This document shows, one piece after another, positions 1-10,440 of a stretch of 64,000 bases of DNA. The stretch is from Pseudomonadota bacterium. Lineage in GTDB: Bacteria > Bdellovibrionota > Bdellovibrionia > Bdellovibrionales > Bdellovibrionaceae. Numbering within the stretch: the first letter of the stretch is position 1; each line of letters begins with the position of its first letter. Below the pieces are notes generated by a model. The model did no database searches. It saw only the letters and a program-made list of their open reading frames with translations, and was not told where the DNA came from. Both the position numbers and the translations under genes were made by a program. The stretch spans positions 224,001-288,000 of the forward strand of contig JBEGVH010000030.1 of NCBI GenBank assembly GCA_041178425.1, in the 5' to 3' direction.

Positions 1-798
1 AATCAAGGGCTCAAACCGGGTCTCGCTACGCGATCGGGGGTCACCACCACGGGCATTCGCTATAAAACTCCAAACCGAGCGCCTACATCAGAACTGGCAA
101 AAGCGCTGGGTTCGATGATTCTTCTGCTTATCACGGCCTCAGCGATTTACTTTCTGCTTCCGAAATCGACAAAAAATAAAATTTATTCTTTCATAAGGGG
201 CAGTGCCAAATCATCATTGGCAGGTCAAGTGGCACAACCAAGTCCAACGCCTTCGGCAGCAACCAACGCCCGGGCTCAAACGCCAGAGGCGCCTCAAGAA
301 AACACCGCTAACTTGTCTTCAACGCTCTCTTATCGGCTCATCATCAACAGCACACCCGGTAGGGCTCGCATCTATGTAGATGATACCTTCAAAGGGCTGA
401 TGACTCCGGCCCAAATTGAGGTGCCCGCGAAAAAATCTTTCACCCTCACTTTACTAGCGAATGGATACTTGCAACACAGCGCAAGAGTGACGCCCGAATC
501 GGATGGTCAACAAATCAATGTTGATCTCATCCCTATCGAAATCGGCTACATCAACATCAACGTATTGAATGCCGGATTATCAACAAAGGTCTTTGTTGAT
601 AATCTTGAAGTTGGCAATGGCGAAAGTATTAAGAAATTTCCAATTCAAGCAGGCAAACCAACGCGAATTAAGGCCATCGATCAATACTCCGGCCAAATCG
701 CCGAGCAAATGGTTCTCATCCAAAAAGACGAAAAGAAAATCATTGACCTGATCCTTGCTAAACCGGCAAGAAATCGTCAGGAGAAAAATAGAAAATGA
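1..798 (+). CDS. 3' part of a membrane-anchored PEGA-domain protein (5' end outside the window; possibly a Ser/Thr kinase C-terminus)
   Basis: Frame is open from base 1 through ATG 115. A TM segment (MILLLITASAIYFLL) precedes a PEGA-like motif (LIINSTPGRARIYVDD...TPAQI...GY). The kinase identity is inference only. Confidence 0.7.
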   Translation, partial: NQGLKPGLATRSGVTTTGIRYKTPNRAPTSELAKALGSMILLLITASAIYFLLPKSTKNKIYSFIRGSAKSSLAGQVAQPSPTPSAATNARAQTPEAPQENTANLSSTLSYRLIINSTPGRARIYVDDTFKGLMTPAQIEVPAKKSFTLTLLANGYLQHSARVTPESDGQQINVDLIPIEIGYININVLNAGLSTKVFVDNLEVGNGESIKKFPIQAGKPTRIKAIDQYSGQIAEQMVLIQKDEKKIIDLILAKPARNRQEKNRK

Positions 799-2594
799 CT
801 CATCTTTACTCTGAGGCAAAACTTTTTGGACACTACATCTTAGATCTAGCCAGCCGCTCTAACCAACGGTGCCTCGCCGTCATCGATAGAGAAGGAGGAA
901 TAAAGTACTTCTCTTCGCGCGAATATCACGAGCAAATCAAAAAAGTAGCCACCTCTCTTCATTCACGGGGAATCAAGCGCGGTGATAAAATTGCAATTTT
1001 CTCGAACACCAGACACGAATGGTCCGTTTGCGATTTGGCGGCGATGAGTATTGGAGCCGTGGTTGTTCCGCTTTACCCTAATCTCACGACCGATGATCTT
1101 TCTTATATTGTTAATCATAGCGAGAGCAAAATAATTTTTGTTGAGAATCGCACCTCTCTACGTCAACTCATGGTGGTTCGAGATAAGTGCCCTCAGCTTG
1201 AACTCGTTGTAGTGTTTGATCCTCCAACCCAAATTGAAGAGGGCCTTTGGCTTAGCTTTAGTGAGTTTATCACCGATCGAAGCGGTCGCCCCCAACAGCC
1301 TTTTAGCTTCGAAAAAACTTGCATCGCCAGTCGCCCTACAGATCCTGTAACAATTATCTATACGTCAGGTACGACTGGGCAGCCAAAGGGGGTTGTTCTC
1401 AGTCATGGGCAGGTCATCGAAGAAACGATCGAGGCCTTTGCCGCCCTACAAATTACTAATGAAGACCGAACACTGAGCTTCCTTCCATACTCTCACGTTT
1501 TAGGACGCACCGAACACTGGGGCCACCTCGTTATTGGTTACTCTATGGCTTATTCGGCCGGCAATGAAAGACTGCAAGAGGAACTTCAACTCATAAAGCC
1601 CACTGTAATCGTTGGTGTTCCCCGCATTTTCGAAAAGATTTATACTCAGTTAAAGGCAAAAATCGAAACAAGCACTATTGATCGCCGCATTTTTGAGTGG
1701 GCCTATGAGATCGGCAAAGAAGTCAGCGAGCACCAACAGTCTCACCTCGATCTAGATCTTAAAGTTCAGGCCGAGTATTCATTAGCCAACTCAATGATTT
1801 TTGAAAGACTCAGACAGCAGCTTTTTGGTGGGCAACTCCGTTTTGCAATTAGCGGTGGCGCCCCACTAAGCAAAGAAATTCTCGAGTTTTTTCATGCTTG
1901 CGGAGTTCTTATACTCGAAGGTTATGGTCTCACCGAAACAACAGGTGCAATCTGTGTGAACCGTACTTATGATTTCGAATTCGGTTCGGTTGGCAAACCC
2001 CTCAATAAATCTACAATAAAAATTGCAAAAGACGGCGAGATTCTCGTGCGCGGCCCAACTATCATGTCTGAGTACTACCACGATAAAAATTCTACAAGTA
2101 AGGTGCTCTCAGACGGATGGCTCCACACGGGCGATATAGGTGAAATTTCTCGAGCTGGTAATTTAATTATCAAAGATCGCAAGAAAGACCTAATCAAAAC
2201 AGCTAATGGTAAATATGTGGCACCTCAAAAGCTAGAGCAGTTGTTTAAACAACTTCCATTTGTCTCTCATGCCCATATCCATGGCGATCAAAGAAAATAC
2301 ATCGTCGCGGTTTTAACGCTCAATAAGAACTATCTTTTCTCAGACGCACGAGAAAAAGGTATTTCTTTTAAGTCGCTCGAAGATCTCAAAGATAACCCTG
2401 CGATTAAAAATATGATTCGCGCCGGTGTGGCACAAGTAAACAGCAGCCTGGCTCCTCATGAAGCCATCAAAGACTACGCCGTGCTGTCTGAAGATTTTAG
2501 TATTGAAAGCGGAGAAGTGACTCCGTCATTGAAAGTAAAGCGCAAGGTCGTCGACCATCGCTACAAATCCCTGATAGATTCACTCTACGAATAA
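795..2594 (+). CDS. Long-chain fatty-acid--CoA ligase (AMP-dependent synthetase)
   Basis: YTSGTTGQPKG, EGYGLTET, GWLHTGDIG and TPSLKVKR motifs; ATGA overlap with the upstream gene. Confidence 0.93.
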   Translation: MTHLYSEAKLFGHYILDLASRSNQRCLAVIDREGGIKYFSSREYHEQIKKVATSLHSRGIKRGDKIAIFSNTRHEWSVCDLAAMSIGAVVVPLYPNLTTDDLSYIVNHSESKIIFVENRTSLRQLMVVRDKCPQLELVVVFDPPTQIEEGLWLSFSEFITDRSGRPQQPFSFEKTCIASRPTDPVTIIYTSGTTGQPKGVVLSHGQVIEETIEAFAALQITNEDRTLSFLPYSHVLGRTEHWGHLVIGYSMAYSAGNERLQEELQLIKPTVIVGVPRIFEKIYTQLKAKIETSTIDRRIFEWAYEIGKEVSEHQQSHLDLDLKVQAEYSLANSMIFERLRQQLFGGQLRFAISGGAPLSKEILEFFHACGVLILEGYGLTETTGAICVNRTYDFEFGSVGKPLNKSTIKIAKDGEILVRGPTIMSEYYHDKNSTSKVLSDGWLHTGDIGEISRAGNLIIKDRKKDLIKTANGKYVAPQKLEQLFKQLPFVSHAHIHGDQRKYIVAVLTLNKNYLFSDAREKGISFKSLEDLKDNPAIKNMIRAGVAQVNSSLAPHEAIKDYAVLSEDFSIESGEVTPSLKVKRKVVDHRYKSLIDSLYE

Positions 2595-2614
2595 AACAAG
2601 CTTTGTGGGCGAGG

Positions 2615-3388
2615 CTATTTCCCGATGTAAAACCGAAATAACAAAGACAATGTCGTGCCACCAAAGTCACTGGTTTTGGGGGTTCCGTCATCATTGAGAA
2701 CAGCATCTCCCGAGAGGTGGCTTCCTGAAAAATTAGTCACGTCATATTTGTATTTATAATTACTTGCCTGAAGAGTTCGTCGGCCAAGAGAGAGCGCAAG
2801 CGTCGTTGTGTCATTCATGAGAGTTTCTAAACCTACTAAGGCTTCATACAGATTCGCGGTTCCTGTGGCCTCATCACTGAAGTCGGATAAAGCTGGAAAG
2901 GCCGTTTGCCCAGCCACGAAACTATATGAATTTTTGTAAGTTATCGTGGCGGTGCCAGCGCCAAAGGCTACGAATAAGCGCCACGAATCTCCAGTTCTCA
3001 AGTTAAGTTCTAAAACTGCTTTAGGAATCACAGCCGATATATTACTTTCGAAATCGTAGATTTTAGTACCCGAAGAATCTGTACCCGCGCCCCCCAGAAG
3101 TGCCCCCGGCTTGATGAGCTCCGCTCCCAACCTTAAGCTCACTTCCTTACCAGAAAACAGGAATCCAAACTCCCCACCAAGATTTGTAAGGACCGATTTA
3201 TCAATGGTCATGTCGGCGCCGCTAGTATCAATAAAATGTGTTTGATTGAGGGCTGACTGCCCTTGAGTTCCACCAAAGTAAGCGGCAAAGCTTTCTTTTC
3301 TGATATCAAAGACTCTGGCCCAGGTCACGGAGCTGGTGAGGGACGCGATGGCCGCTACAAGTAAACTTCGTTTGAACCCTGATTGCAT
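2615..3388 (-). CDS. Secreted, probable outer-membrane beta-barrel protein
   Basis: Signal peptide, alternating amphipathic strands, C-terminal LSLLFRFY. Confidence 0.6.
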   Translation of the reverse strand: MQSGFKRSLLVAAIASLTSSVTWARVFDIRKESFAAYFGGTQGQSALNQTHFIDTSGADMTIDKSVLTNLGGEFGFLFSGKEVSLRLGAELIKPGALLGGAGTDSSGTKIYDFESNISAVIPKAVLELNLRTGDSWRLFVAFGAGTATITYKNSYSFVAGQTAFPALSDFSDEATGTANLYEALVGLETLMNDTTTLALSLGRRTLQASNYKYKYDVTNFSGSHLSGDAVLNDDGTPKTSDFGGTTLSLLFRFYIGK

Positions 3389-3406
3389 TGAAAGCCCAAG
3401 AAGTTA

Positions 3407-3931
3407 CTAGTTTTTAGCAAAGTCGATAACCAACTTCGGTGACGTTGATTGTGTCGACAAAGTGAATACACGCATTTTTACAGACGACTTAAATTGAATA
3501 GAAACATTCGTTGAATGATCGTCGCTATCCGAGTTGATCGACGCATTTTTCACGAGTTTTGAGTTCTTAAAAATTTTCTTGAGGTCCTTTGATGTCACCT
3601 GACTCTTTAATAGCTGCGATAGGTCTAAGCTTAACTTCGAAGGTTTTTTGAAGAGTTGCGCATGAAAATAACCTGGCTGGCCAATGAAAGCACGCCCCTC
3701 TCTATCTCCGATTTCAAAAATGAGTCGCTCAGAGTTGCCATCGGCCGAATAAACTCTTTTGACTCGAAGGAGCGAAAAACCAACACCGGCGCCACCACCT
3801 CTAAAAGAACCTTCGGTTAAAAATCCATCCGCGGCTAAGGCCGTTGTGGGAGTGACCATATTGGCCTGAGCAAAGCTAACACTGAATTGAAGAAATATAA
3901 GCAGAATGATGGAGCCAAATCGAGCAGCCAT
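3407..3931 (-). CDS. Secreted protein, AMIN-like domain
   Basis: Signal peptide; ERLIFEI, KLSLDL and PKLVIDF motifs typical of AMIN beta-sandwiches. Confidence 0.55.
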   Translation of the reverse strand: MAARFGSIILLIFLQFSVSFAQANMVTPTTALAADGFLTEGSFRGGGAGVGFSLLRVKRVYSADGNSERLIFEIGDREGRAFIGQPGYFHAQLFKKPSKLSLDLSQLLKSQVTSKDLKKIFKNSKLVKNASINSDSDDHSTNVSIQFKSSVKMRVFTLSTQSTSPKLVIDFAKN

Positions 3932-4051
3932 GATGAAAACCCCCCTCTTCCTTGGTAAAGCAGATTCTAGTTTACCAACAAAGGATGGAGTCTCAATATG
4001 GAGCAGGAAAACTAGACCTCAACAAACCGTAAAAAAGGCCCTTCTTTGGTT

Positions 4052-4612
4052 TTAGGCCTCTATAAATGAGGTCAGAGCGTGATTCAGTTCGTCAATTGAA
4101 TGGCAGACCTTCAGATAGTCTAGGTGTTCACGAGAAATAAAACCATCGTCTTTAGCTCTATCGAGAAATTGCAAGAAGTGATCAAAGTACCCACTCGTAT
4201 TTAAAAGATAAATAGGCATTCGATGAAATCCTAATTGTCTCCAGGTAATAATCTCATTGAGCTCATCCATGGTTCCAAAACCACCCGGCAGGGCAATCAC
4301 TAGGTCAGATAATTGTTCCATTAAAGCTTTGCGCTCATGCATTGAGTCCACAACTCTCAAATCGGTAATGCGGGGATGGGCCATTTCGCGATCCTGAAGA
4401 GCCTTGGGAATTACACCAATGACCTCTCCACCCGTTTGCAGACAAGAATCGGCAAGAAAACCCATTAACCCGACATGTCCACCTCCGTAGACGAGTCGAC
4501 AATTTCGCTGAGCCAGAAGGGAGCCAACCTCTTTGGCAGCTTCTATGTACTCCGACTTGTTACCACTTTGCGCACCACAAAAAACACAGACCGTTTTAAT
4601 CATTCGCCCCAT
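4052..4612 (-). CDS. LOG-family nucleotide phosphoribohydrolase (TIGR00730 type)
   Basis: VCVFCG, LVYGGGHVGLMG, MHERK and PGGFGTMDE motifs. Confidence 0.93.
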   Translation of the reverse strand: MGRMIKTVCVFCGAQSGNKSEYIEAAKEVGSLLAQRNCRLVYGGGHVGLMGFLADSCLQTGGEVIGVIPKALQDREMAHPRITDLRVVDSMHERKALMEQLSDLVIALPGGFGTMDELNEIITWRQLGFHRMPIYLLNTSGYFDHFLQFLDRAKDDGFISREHLDYLKVCHSIDELNHALTSFIEA

Positions 4613-4869
4613 AAGTCCATCCTCATTATTAAAAGGGATACTAATGAAGCCCCTTGCCCGAGTAAACCAAGAACAATGAGGGGGATCTAAACTGACTATT
4701 TTTGCTCAAACTAACAGGTAAATTGAACAAAAATAGTCCCTTTTTTGTGACTCTCCTCCACCCCTAATGCGCAGTTGGCATCGACCTGCAATTAAAACGA
4801 AATTGGCATAAACCGCCTTTGGCACGAAATGTGGATAATTGTAATTTGAGACCTTAAGGAGGTTTTCCT

Positions 4870-5472
4870 ATGATTCGCAACACTCTACAAAAATTAGTTA
4901 TCACCCTCGTGGTTGCGGTTCTCTTTGGTGCTTGTAGCAATAACCGAGGGCGCGGCACCAACACTGGGGCCAACATTGGCGTCTTACCAACTAATACTTG
5001 TTTATTGAGTCCTAACGGCCACCAGGGCTTATGCAACTATAATTATGGCGGTTATCAGGGTTTCGCCAATTACGATTATACTCTCTATATGAATGGTCTA
5101 AATAATAATTACGCCAATGGCTTCTGTGGTTGCGGGCAGGGTGGTTACCCTGTTTACAACAACAATTGGGGTCTGGGATGCGTGAATGGCTCCTATATCC
5201 AAAATGGTTATGGTAACTATGGAAACCGTTTTCTTATGTTCTCTTGGAACTCTTCAGCGCTCCAATGGGCAAGTTCGGCAACTAGTTACTACAACAACTA
5301 CGGAGGATACAACTCTTGCCCGAGAACAATCATATTAACCTGTGACACTGGCGTACAAGGGTCTTGTGGCCCCAATGGAGTTTGTATGTCGATGAATCCC
5401 TATGGCGGTTCGGGCTACAGTCAAAGCGGACCTGGAATCTGTATCATGAACCAGAACGCATACACTTACTAG
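4870..5472 (+). CDS. Cys/Gly/Asn/Tyr-rich lipoprotein of unknown function
   Basis: AAGGAGG RBS; lipobox LFGAC; low-complexity N/G/Y body with many Cys; strong terminator follows. Confidence 0.75.
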   Translation: MIRNTLQKLVITLVVAVLFGACSNNRGRGTNTGANIGVLPTNTCLLSPNGHQGLCNYNYGGYQGFANYDYTLYMNGLNNNYANGFCGCGQGGYPVYNNNWGLGCVNGSYIQNGYGNYGNRFLMFSWNSSALQWASSATSYYNNYGGYNSCPRTIILTCDTGVQGSCGPNGVCMSMNPYGGSGYSQSGPGICIMNQNAYTY

Positions 5473-5497
5473 ATCAATAAAAAAATAAAATCCCCCT

Positions 5498-5547
5498 AAA
5501 CCTGCAAGATCTTCCCCCCCCCCGATCTTGCAGGTTTTTCTTTTTTT
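5498..5547 (+). terminator. Intrinsic terminator with a poly-C loop
   Basis: 14-bp perfect stem AAACCTGCAAGATC/GATCTTGCAGGTTT, loop TT+C10, followed by a T-tract. Confidence 0.85.
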
Positions 5548-5620
5548 AGCATCCTATTCAGGCTATAGTTTAAAATCGAAATTCGATCCATGAGTCATTT
5601 ATTCCAAGGAGGATGAATCA

Positions 5621-7660
5621 ATGAGTTCAAGCAATCCATTATTTGTTGAAAGTCATTTACGCGACGAGGCCGTTTGTTTTTCTAAAATCAAAGTTCAACA
5701 CTTTCTGCCCGCTATCGATCAAGCAATTGCCCTGGCTAAAAACAATTTAGAAGCCATTCGTAATAAAAAAGAAGATCCCACATTTGAAAATACCATCGAA
5801 GCACTCGAGACTTCGAGCGAAGACTTAGAAAGAGTTTCGGGGATTTTCTACTACCTTTACAGTGCCGAAGGCCCCGATGATCTTCAGGCTCTTGCTCAAG
5901 AAATTGCACCAAAGCTAGCGGCCTTCTCCAGCGATGTAACCCTTGATCCACAACTGTTTAAACGCATCCATTGGCTGCACGAACGAAAGGCCACACTGGG
6001 TTTATCTCAAGAGCAGGGCCGATTGCTCGATAAAGCTCACAAAGACTTCGTTCGCAATGGTGCACTTCTAAACGAAGAGCAAAAAGAGAAGTTACGCCAA
6101 ATCGATCAAGAAATTTCAACTCTGGGCCCTAAATATTCAGAGAATACACTCAAGGCCACAAACAAATTTGAACTCTTACTCAAAGATAAAAAAGATCTTT
6201 CGGGATTACCCGAAAGTGCTATTGAAGCGGCCCATGCGGCGGCCGAACAAAAAGGCCATTCGCACGCCTGGCTTTTCAATTTGCAACATCCAAGCTATGT
6301 TCCCTTTCTTCAATACTCAGATCGCCGAGATCTTCGAGAAAAAATGTGGCGCGCTTTCAACTCAAAGTGTTTCAACGACGAATTCGACAACCAAGAGATT
6401 GTGAAAAGGCTAGTAACTTTAAGAGATCAGCGCGCAAAGCTTCTTGGTTATAAGAATCATGCCGGTTTTGTACTCGAAGAACGAATGGCACAAACACCTG
6501 AAGCCGTCATGAGCTTTCTAGACTCACTCCATGGCCCCTATCTCGAGGCCGCCAAAAAAGATTTACAAGAGGTTCAGGCATTTACTAAAAGTCTCGGTCA
6601 TGACGAGCCTTTGCAATCATGGGACTATGGTTACTATTCTGAAAAACTAAAACAACAGAAATACCAATTCAGTAGCGAAGAACTGCGCCCCTATTTTTCG
6701 CTCGAAAAATGTATTGATGGAATGTTCGAACACGCTCGCCGCCTCTATGGATTGCGATTTGAAGTGGCCAGCAATGTCGACATCTATCATCGTGATGTGA
6801 AAGTTTATGAAGTTCGAGATGTCGACACCAATGAGTATATTGCCTTGTTTTATGCTGACTGTTTTCCGCGAGAAACTAAAAAAAGTGGGGCATGGGCTAC
6901 AACCCTCAGAGATCAGGGTCTTTATAAAGGAAGCGTTCGGCGCCCCCATGTAGCCATTGTCTGTAATTTTACAAAACCCACTCCCACCAAGCCCTCTTTG
7001 CTCACCTACGATGAGGTAAGTACTCTTTTTCATGAATTTGGCCATGCCCTACACATGATGCTATCTCAGTGTCGATACCGCTCCCTCAGTGGCGCCAATG
7101 TGTATTGGGACTTTGTAGAACTCCCTTCGCAAATTATGGAGAATTGGATCGAACACCAAGAGAGCCTCGATATCTTTGCTCACCACTATGAAAACGGTCA
7201 GCCTTTGCCTCATGACTTGGTCAAAAAAATTCATGCGGCCAACCTCTTTCAAAAAGGATACTCCTCATTGCGCCAACTCAGCTTTGGTTATCTCGATATG
7301 GCCTGGCACAACACCGATCCATCGCAAATTGGAAACTTTGTTGATTTCGAACATCAGGCCACCGAAAAAACACGCACCCTTCCCTTTATTGAAGGAACGA
7401 GTGTAAGCACTCACTTTTCACACATATTTGCTGGAGGCTATTCGGCTGGTTACTATAGTTACAAATGGGCAGAGGTACTAGATGCGGATGCCTTTGAATA
7501 TTTTAAAGAGGAAGGTCTTTTCAATAAAAAGATTGGCGACAAATTTAAGGAATGTATTCTCAGCAGAGGCGCCACGGAGCATCCCATGGAACTTTATAAA
7601 AAATTTCGTGGTCGCGAACCAGATACAAAAGCTCTTTTACGAAGAGAAGGACTGGCTTGA
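5621..7660 (+). CDS. M3-family metallopeptidase (peptidyl-dipeptidase Dcp / oligopeptidase A type)
   Basis: FHEFGHALH, WDFVELPSQIME and HIFAGGYSAGYYSYKWAEVLDADAF motifs. Confidence 0.95.
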   Translation: MSSSNPLFVESHLRDEAVCFSKIKVQHFLPAIDQAIALAKNNLEAIRNKKEDPTFENTIEALETSSEDLERVSGIFYYLYSAEGPDDLQALAQEIAPKLAAFSSDVTLDPQLFKRIHWLHERKATLGLSQEQGRLLDKAHKDFVRNGALLNEEQKEKLRQIDQEISTLGPKYSENTLKATNKFELLLKDKKDLSGLPESAIEAAHAAAEQKGHSHAWLFNLQHPSYVPFLQYSDRRDLREKMWRAFNSKCFNDEFDNQEIVKRLVTLRDQRAKLLGYKNHAGFVLEERMAQTPEAVMSFLDSLHGPYLEAAKKDLQEVQAFTKSLGHDEPLQSWDYGYYSEKLKQQKYQFSSEELRPYFSLEKCIDGMFEHARRLYGLRFEVASNVDIYHRDVKVYEVRDVDTNEYIALFYADCFPRETKKSGAWATTLRDQGLYKGSVRRPHVAIVCNFTKPTPTKPSLLTYDEVSTLFHEFGHALHMMLSQCRYRSLSGANVYWDFVELPSQIMENWIEHQESLDIFAHHYENGQPLPHDLVKKIHAANLFQKGYSSLRQLSFGYLDMAWHNTDPSQIGNFVDFEHQATEKTRTLPFIEGTSVSTHFSHIFAGGYSAGYYSYKWAEVLDADAFEYFKEEGLFNKKIGDKFKECILSRGATEHPMELYKKFRGREPDTKALLRREGLA

Positions 7661-8544
7661 TGAAAAAACTAAACGTGAGCGAAAAAGCAAAAATTGCGTT
7701 GGTATATAGACCCAATACGAGCTCTGCACTGAGTGCTGCGAAAGATCTTGTTCAGTGGCTTAAGAAAAATAAATTTCAGCCTCTGACGGCACCCGACCAA
7801 AAAGTATTACCAGGTGCGCCCCTCATGAAATCAGAGAAAGACTTCAATGAAGTCGAGCTCGTGATCATTCTAGGAGGCGATGGAACTTACCTTAGAGCGA
7901 TCCGTCTCCTGGATGGTCGTCCCATCCCCATTTTAGGTGTAAACCTTGGATCTCTGGGTTTTCTTACTCCCCTGCGCCTCGACAATCTCTTTGAAATTCT
8001 TCCTAAAACTTTAAATGGAAAATACGGCGACTTGGTCCCCCGCACGCAAATGCTCGTAGAGTTGCACACGACAGGTAAAAAAACTAAGCGTTCCTGGTTG
8101 GCACTGAATGATGTGGTCATTGAACGAGGCCCTTCCAGTCACCTGATTGACCTTTGCCTAAAAATGGATAACTCCGCAGTTAGTAACGTGAAGGCCGATG
8201 GTCTGATCATGGCCACTCCAACGGGTAGCACTGCCTATAATTTAGCCGCTGGCGGCCCAATTGTGCACCCCGAGGCTCCTTGTTTTGTGGCGACTCCGGT
8301 CGCCCCCCATAGTTTAACCAGCCGGCCTTTGATCTTTCCGGACACCAAAGTGCTCCAGATTCAATTACAGGGGCAATGTGAAATTGCACATCTCGTAATC
8401 GATGGACAAATGTGTGCAAAACTAACACAAGGACAATTCTTGAGGGTCTCAAAAAATCAGCAACCACATTGGTTGGTCCAACCCTCAGAACACAACTTTT
8501 ATGAGCTTCTCCGCGAGAAACTCAGCTTTGGAGAGAGGGCTTAA
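7657..8544 (+). CDS. nadK: NAD kinase
   Basis: GGDGT, GVNLGSLGFL, LND and DGLIMATPTGSTAYNLAAGGP motifs; directly upstream of recN. Confidence 0.95.
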   Translation: MMKKLNVSEKAKIALVYRPNTSSALSAAKDLVQWLKKNKFQPLTAPDQKVLPGAPLMKSEKDFNEVELVIILGGDGTYLRAIRLLDGRPIPILGVNLGSLGFLTPLRLDNLFEILPKTLNGKYGDLVPRTQMLVELHTTGKKTKRSWLALNDVVIERGPSSHLIDLCLKMDNSAVSNVKADGLIMATPTGSTAYNLAAGGPIVHPEAPCFVATPVAPHSLTSRPLIFPDTKVLQIQLQGQCEIAHLVIDGQMCAKLTQGQFLRVSKNQQPHWLVQPSEHNFYELLREKLSFGERA

Positions 8545-8547
8545 TTT

Positions 8548-10281
8548 ATGTTAACGGAATTGAAAGTCAGCCAATTTGCGATCATCGAAAATTTGCACGT
8601 TCAATTCCGTCAAGGCCTCAACATTATCAGCGGAGAAACGGGCGCCGGAAAGTCTGTGCTGCTCCGCTCGCTTTCGCTTCTGATGGGAGCCAAGGCTTCG
8701 AGTGAATACATTCGGACTGGCTCTCATCAGGCGCAAATTGAAGGTCGGTTTGATCTTTCCCATCGACCCGACATCCTTGGTCAACTTGAAAAGATGGATA
8801 TTTCGAGCCAAGACCAAGAATTGATTGTTCGTCGAATCATCGGCCCTGGGGATAAAAATAAGGTGTATCTCAATGGCACATTGAGCACGGTCGGTATTCT
8901 GCGTGATATTGTTGCTCCACTGATTGAAGTCGCCGGTAAAAATGCTCCTCTCATTGAATTAACAGGTCAGCACGAAAACAAAAATCTACTTTCAAAAAGC
9001 TATCACCTGGATCTTCTCGATCAGTTTGCGCAGTCGTGGTCACTCCGAACAGAATACGAAAACTTGTGGGAGGAATCGCAGGCTCTTTCAGAAGAAATAA
9101 AAAATCTCGAGCAACGGGAGCAAACAGGGCAACAGCGTCTCGACTTTCTTATTTTTCAAAGAGATGAAATTAAGCAGCTTCCCCTAAAGCCCGGTGAAGA
9201 AATAGAACTTGAAAGCAAAGTTAAGCGCATCAAAAATCGCCAAAGATTAGCACACTTTTATGCATCTGCTATTTCGGCCATCGATGAAGAGGGTGATGCT
9301 GTTGTTCCTCGTTTACAAAAAATTCTACAAAGAGGCGCTGAACTCGCTTCTATGGATCCAAAGATCCAAGAAAAGCTTCAAATTATCGAACAATCCCTCA
9401 CCTTGGTTCAAGACTGTGCCTATGAACTTCAGCGCTCATTAGACGAACTCAACAACGACGAAGATGATGCCGAAAAACTAGAATCGCAATTGAGTCAGTG
9501 GCGGAAACTTCAAAAAAAATATGGCACAAACTTCGATGATATCCAAGCGGCCCTAGCAAAGATAGAGCGTGAGATCTCTGAGATTCAAAATGCGGAAATT
9601 CTAATTCAAGAGCTCACCAAGAAAAGACGAACAGTCGAAACTTCTCTTTTAACCGTTGGAAAAAAACTCCATAGTGCCAGAGAAAAAGCGTCGCGCGACT
9701 TGGCCCGTAAAGTGAACGAGCATCTTAAGGACCTCAACATGAAAGGGGTTGTTTTCGATATTAATATCGACACCCTCACCGAACCGCAAAGCACAGGACT
9801 TTCTGATGTGGAATTTTTAAGTCAGACTTCTCCGCAAGATCCGGCTCGCCCCCTCTCCAAGGTGGCCTCTGGGGGTGAGTTGAGTCGTATTTTACTATCC
9901 CTCAAATGTGTTTTGGGAGCCTCCGCCTTTCCGCGAACTTACTTGTTTGATGAAGTAGATACAGGAGTCAGTGGTAATACGGCTGACAAGGTGGCGCGTA
10001 AACTTCAACAGATCAGCCGCGGACAACAAGTTATTTGTGTGACTCATTTACCTCAGGTTGCAGCTCTGGGAGAACATCACTATTCAATTCAAAAAGCCCC
10101 CACGGGAAAGAGTGTCCATATGGATGTCCAGGTTCTTGAGGGCTCAGAGCGGATCAGAGAAATTGCCCGACTCATCTCTGGAGAAACGATTACTCAAACG
10201 AGTTTGGCGCATGCCAAGGAACTTTTGGAGATCCCTTCACAATCCACCAAAAAAGGTTCCAATCGACGCTCGACCGTGTAA
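8548..10281 (+). CDS. recN: DNA repair protein RecN
   Basis: GETGAGKS Walker A, coiled coil, ASGGELSR signature, FDEVDTG and CVTHLPQVAA. Confidence 0.96.
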   Translation: MLTELKVSQFAIIENLHVQFRQGLNIISGETGAGKSVLLRSLSLLMGAKASSEYIRTGSHQAQIEGRFDLSHRPDILGQLEKMDISSQDQELIVRRIIGPGDKNKVYLNGTLSTVGILRDIVAPLIEVAGKNAPLIELTGQHENKNLLSKSYHLDLLDQFAQSWSLRTEYENLWEESQALSEEIKNLEQREQTGQQRLDFLIFQRDEIKQLPLKPGEEIELESKVKRIKNRQRLAHFYASAISAIDEEGDAVVPRLQKILQRGAELASMDPKIQEKLQIIEQSLTLVQDCAYELQRSLDELNNDEDDAEKLESQLSQWRKLQKKYGTNFDDIQAALAKIEREISEIQNAEILIQELTKKRRTVETSLLTVGKKLHSAREKASRDLARKVNEHLKDLNMKGVVFDINIDTLTEPQSTGLSDVEFLSQTSPQDPARPLSKVASGGELSRILLSLKCVLGASAFPRTYLFDEVDTGVSGNTADKVARKLQQISRGQQVICVTHLPQVAALGEHHYSIQKAPTGKSVHMDVQVLEGSERIREIARLISGETITQTSLAHAKELLEIPSQSTKKGSNRRSTV

Positions 10282-10440
10282 AATTTTTCATAATCGGGGT
10301 TCTTTAGGCTTCAGACACTGCCTATTTTTGTCACCATACCATGAAATAAATTGAAAATAAAAAGGCTCTCTGTCAAACAAGCGGTTGATGAGAGCCAACG
10401 GCCTCGCACCCTAATATTTTTTACCCTATCGGAGACCCAA

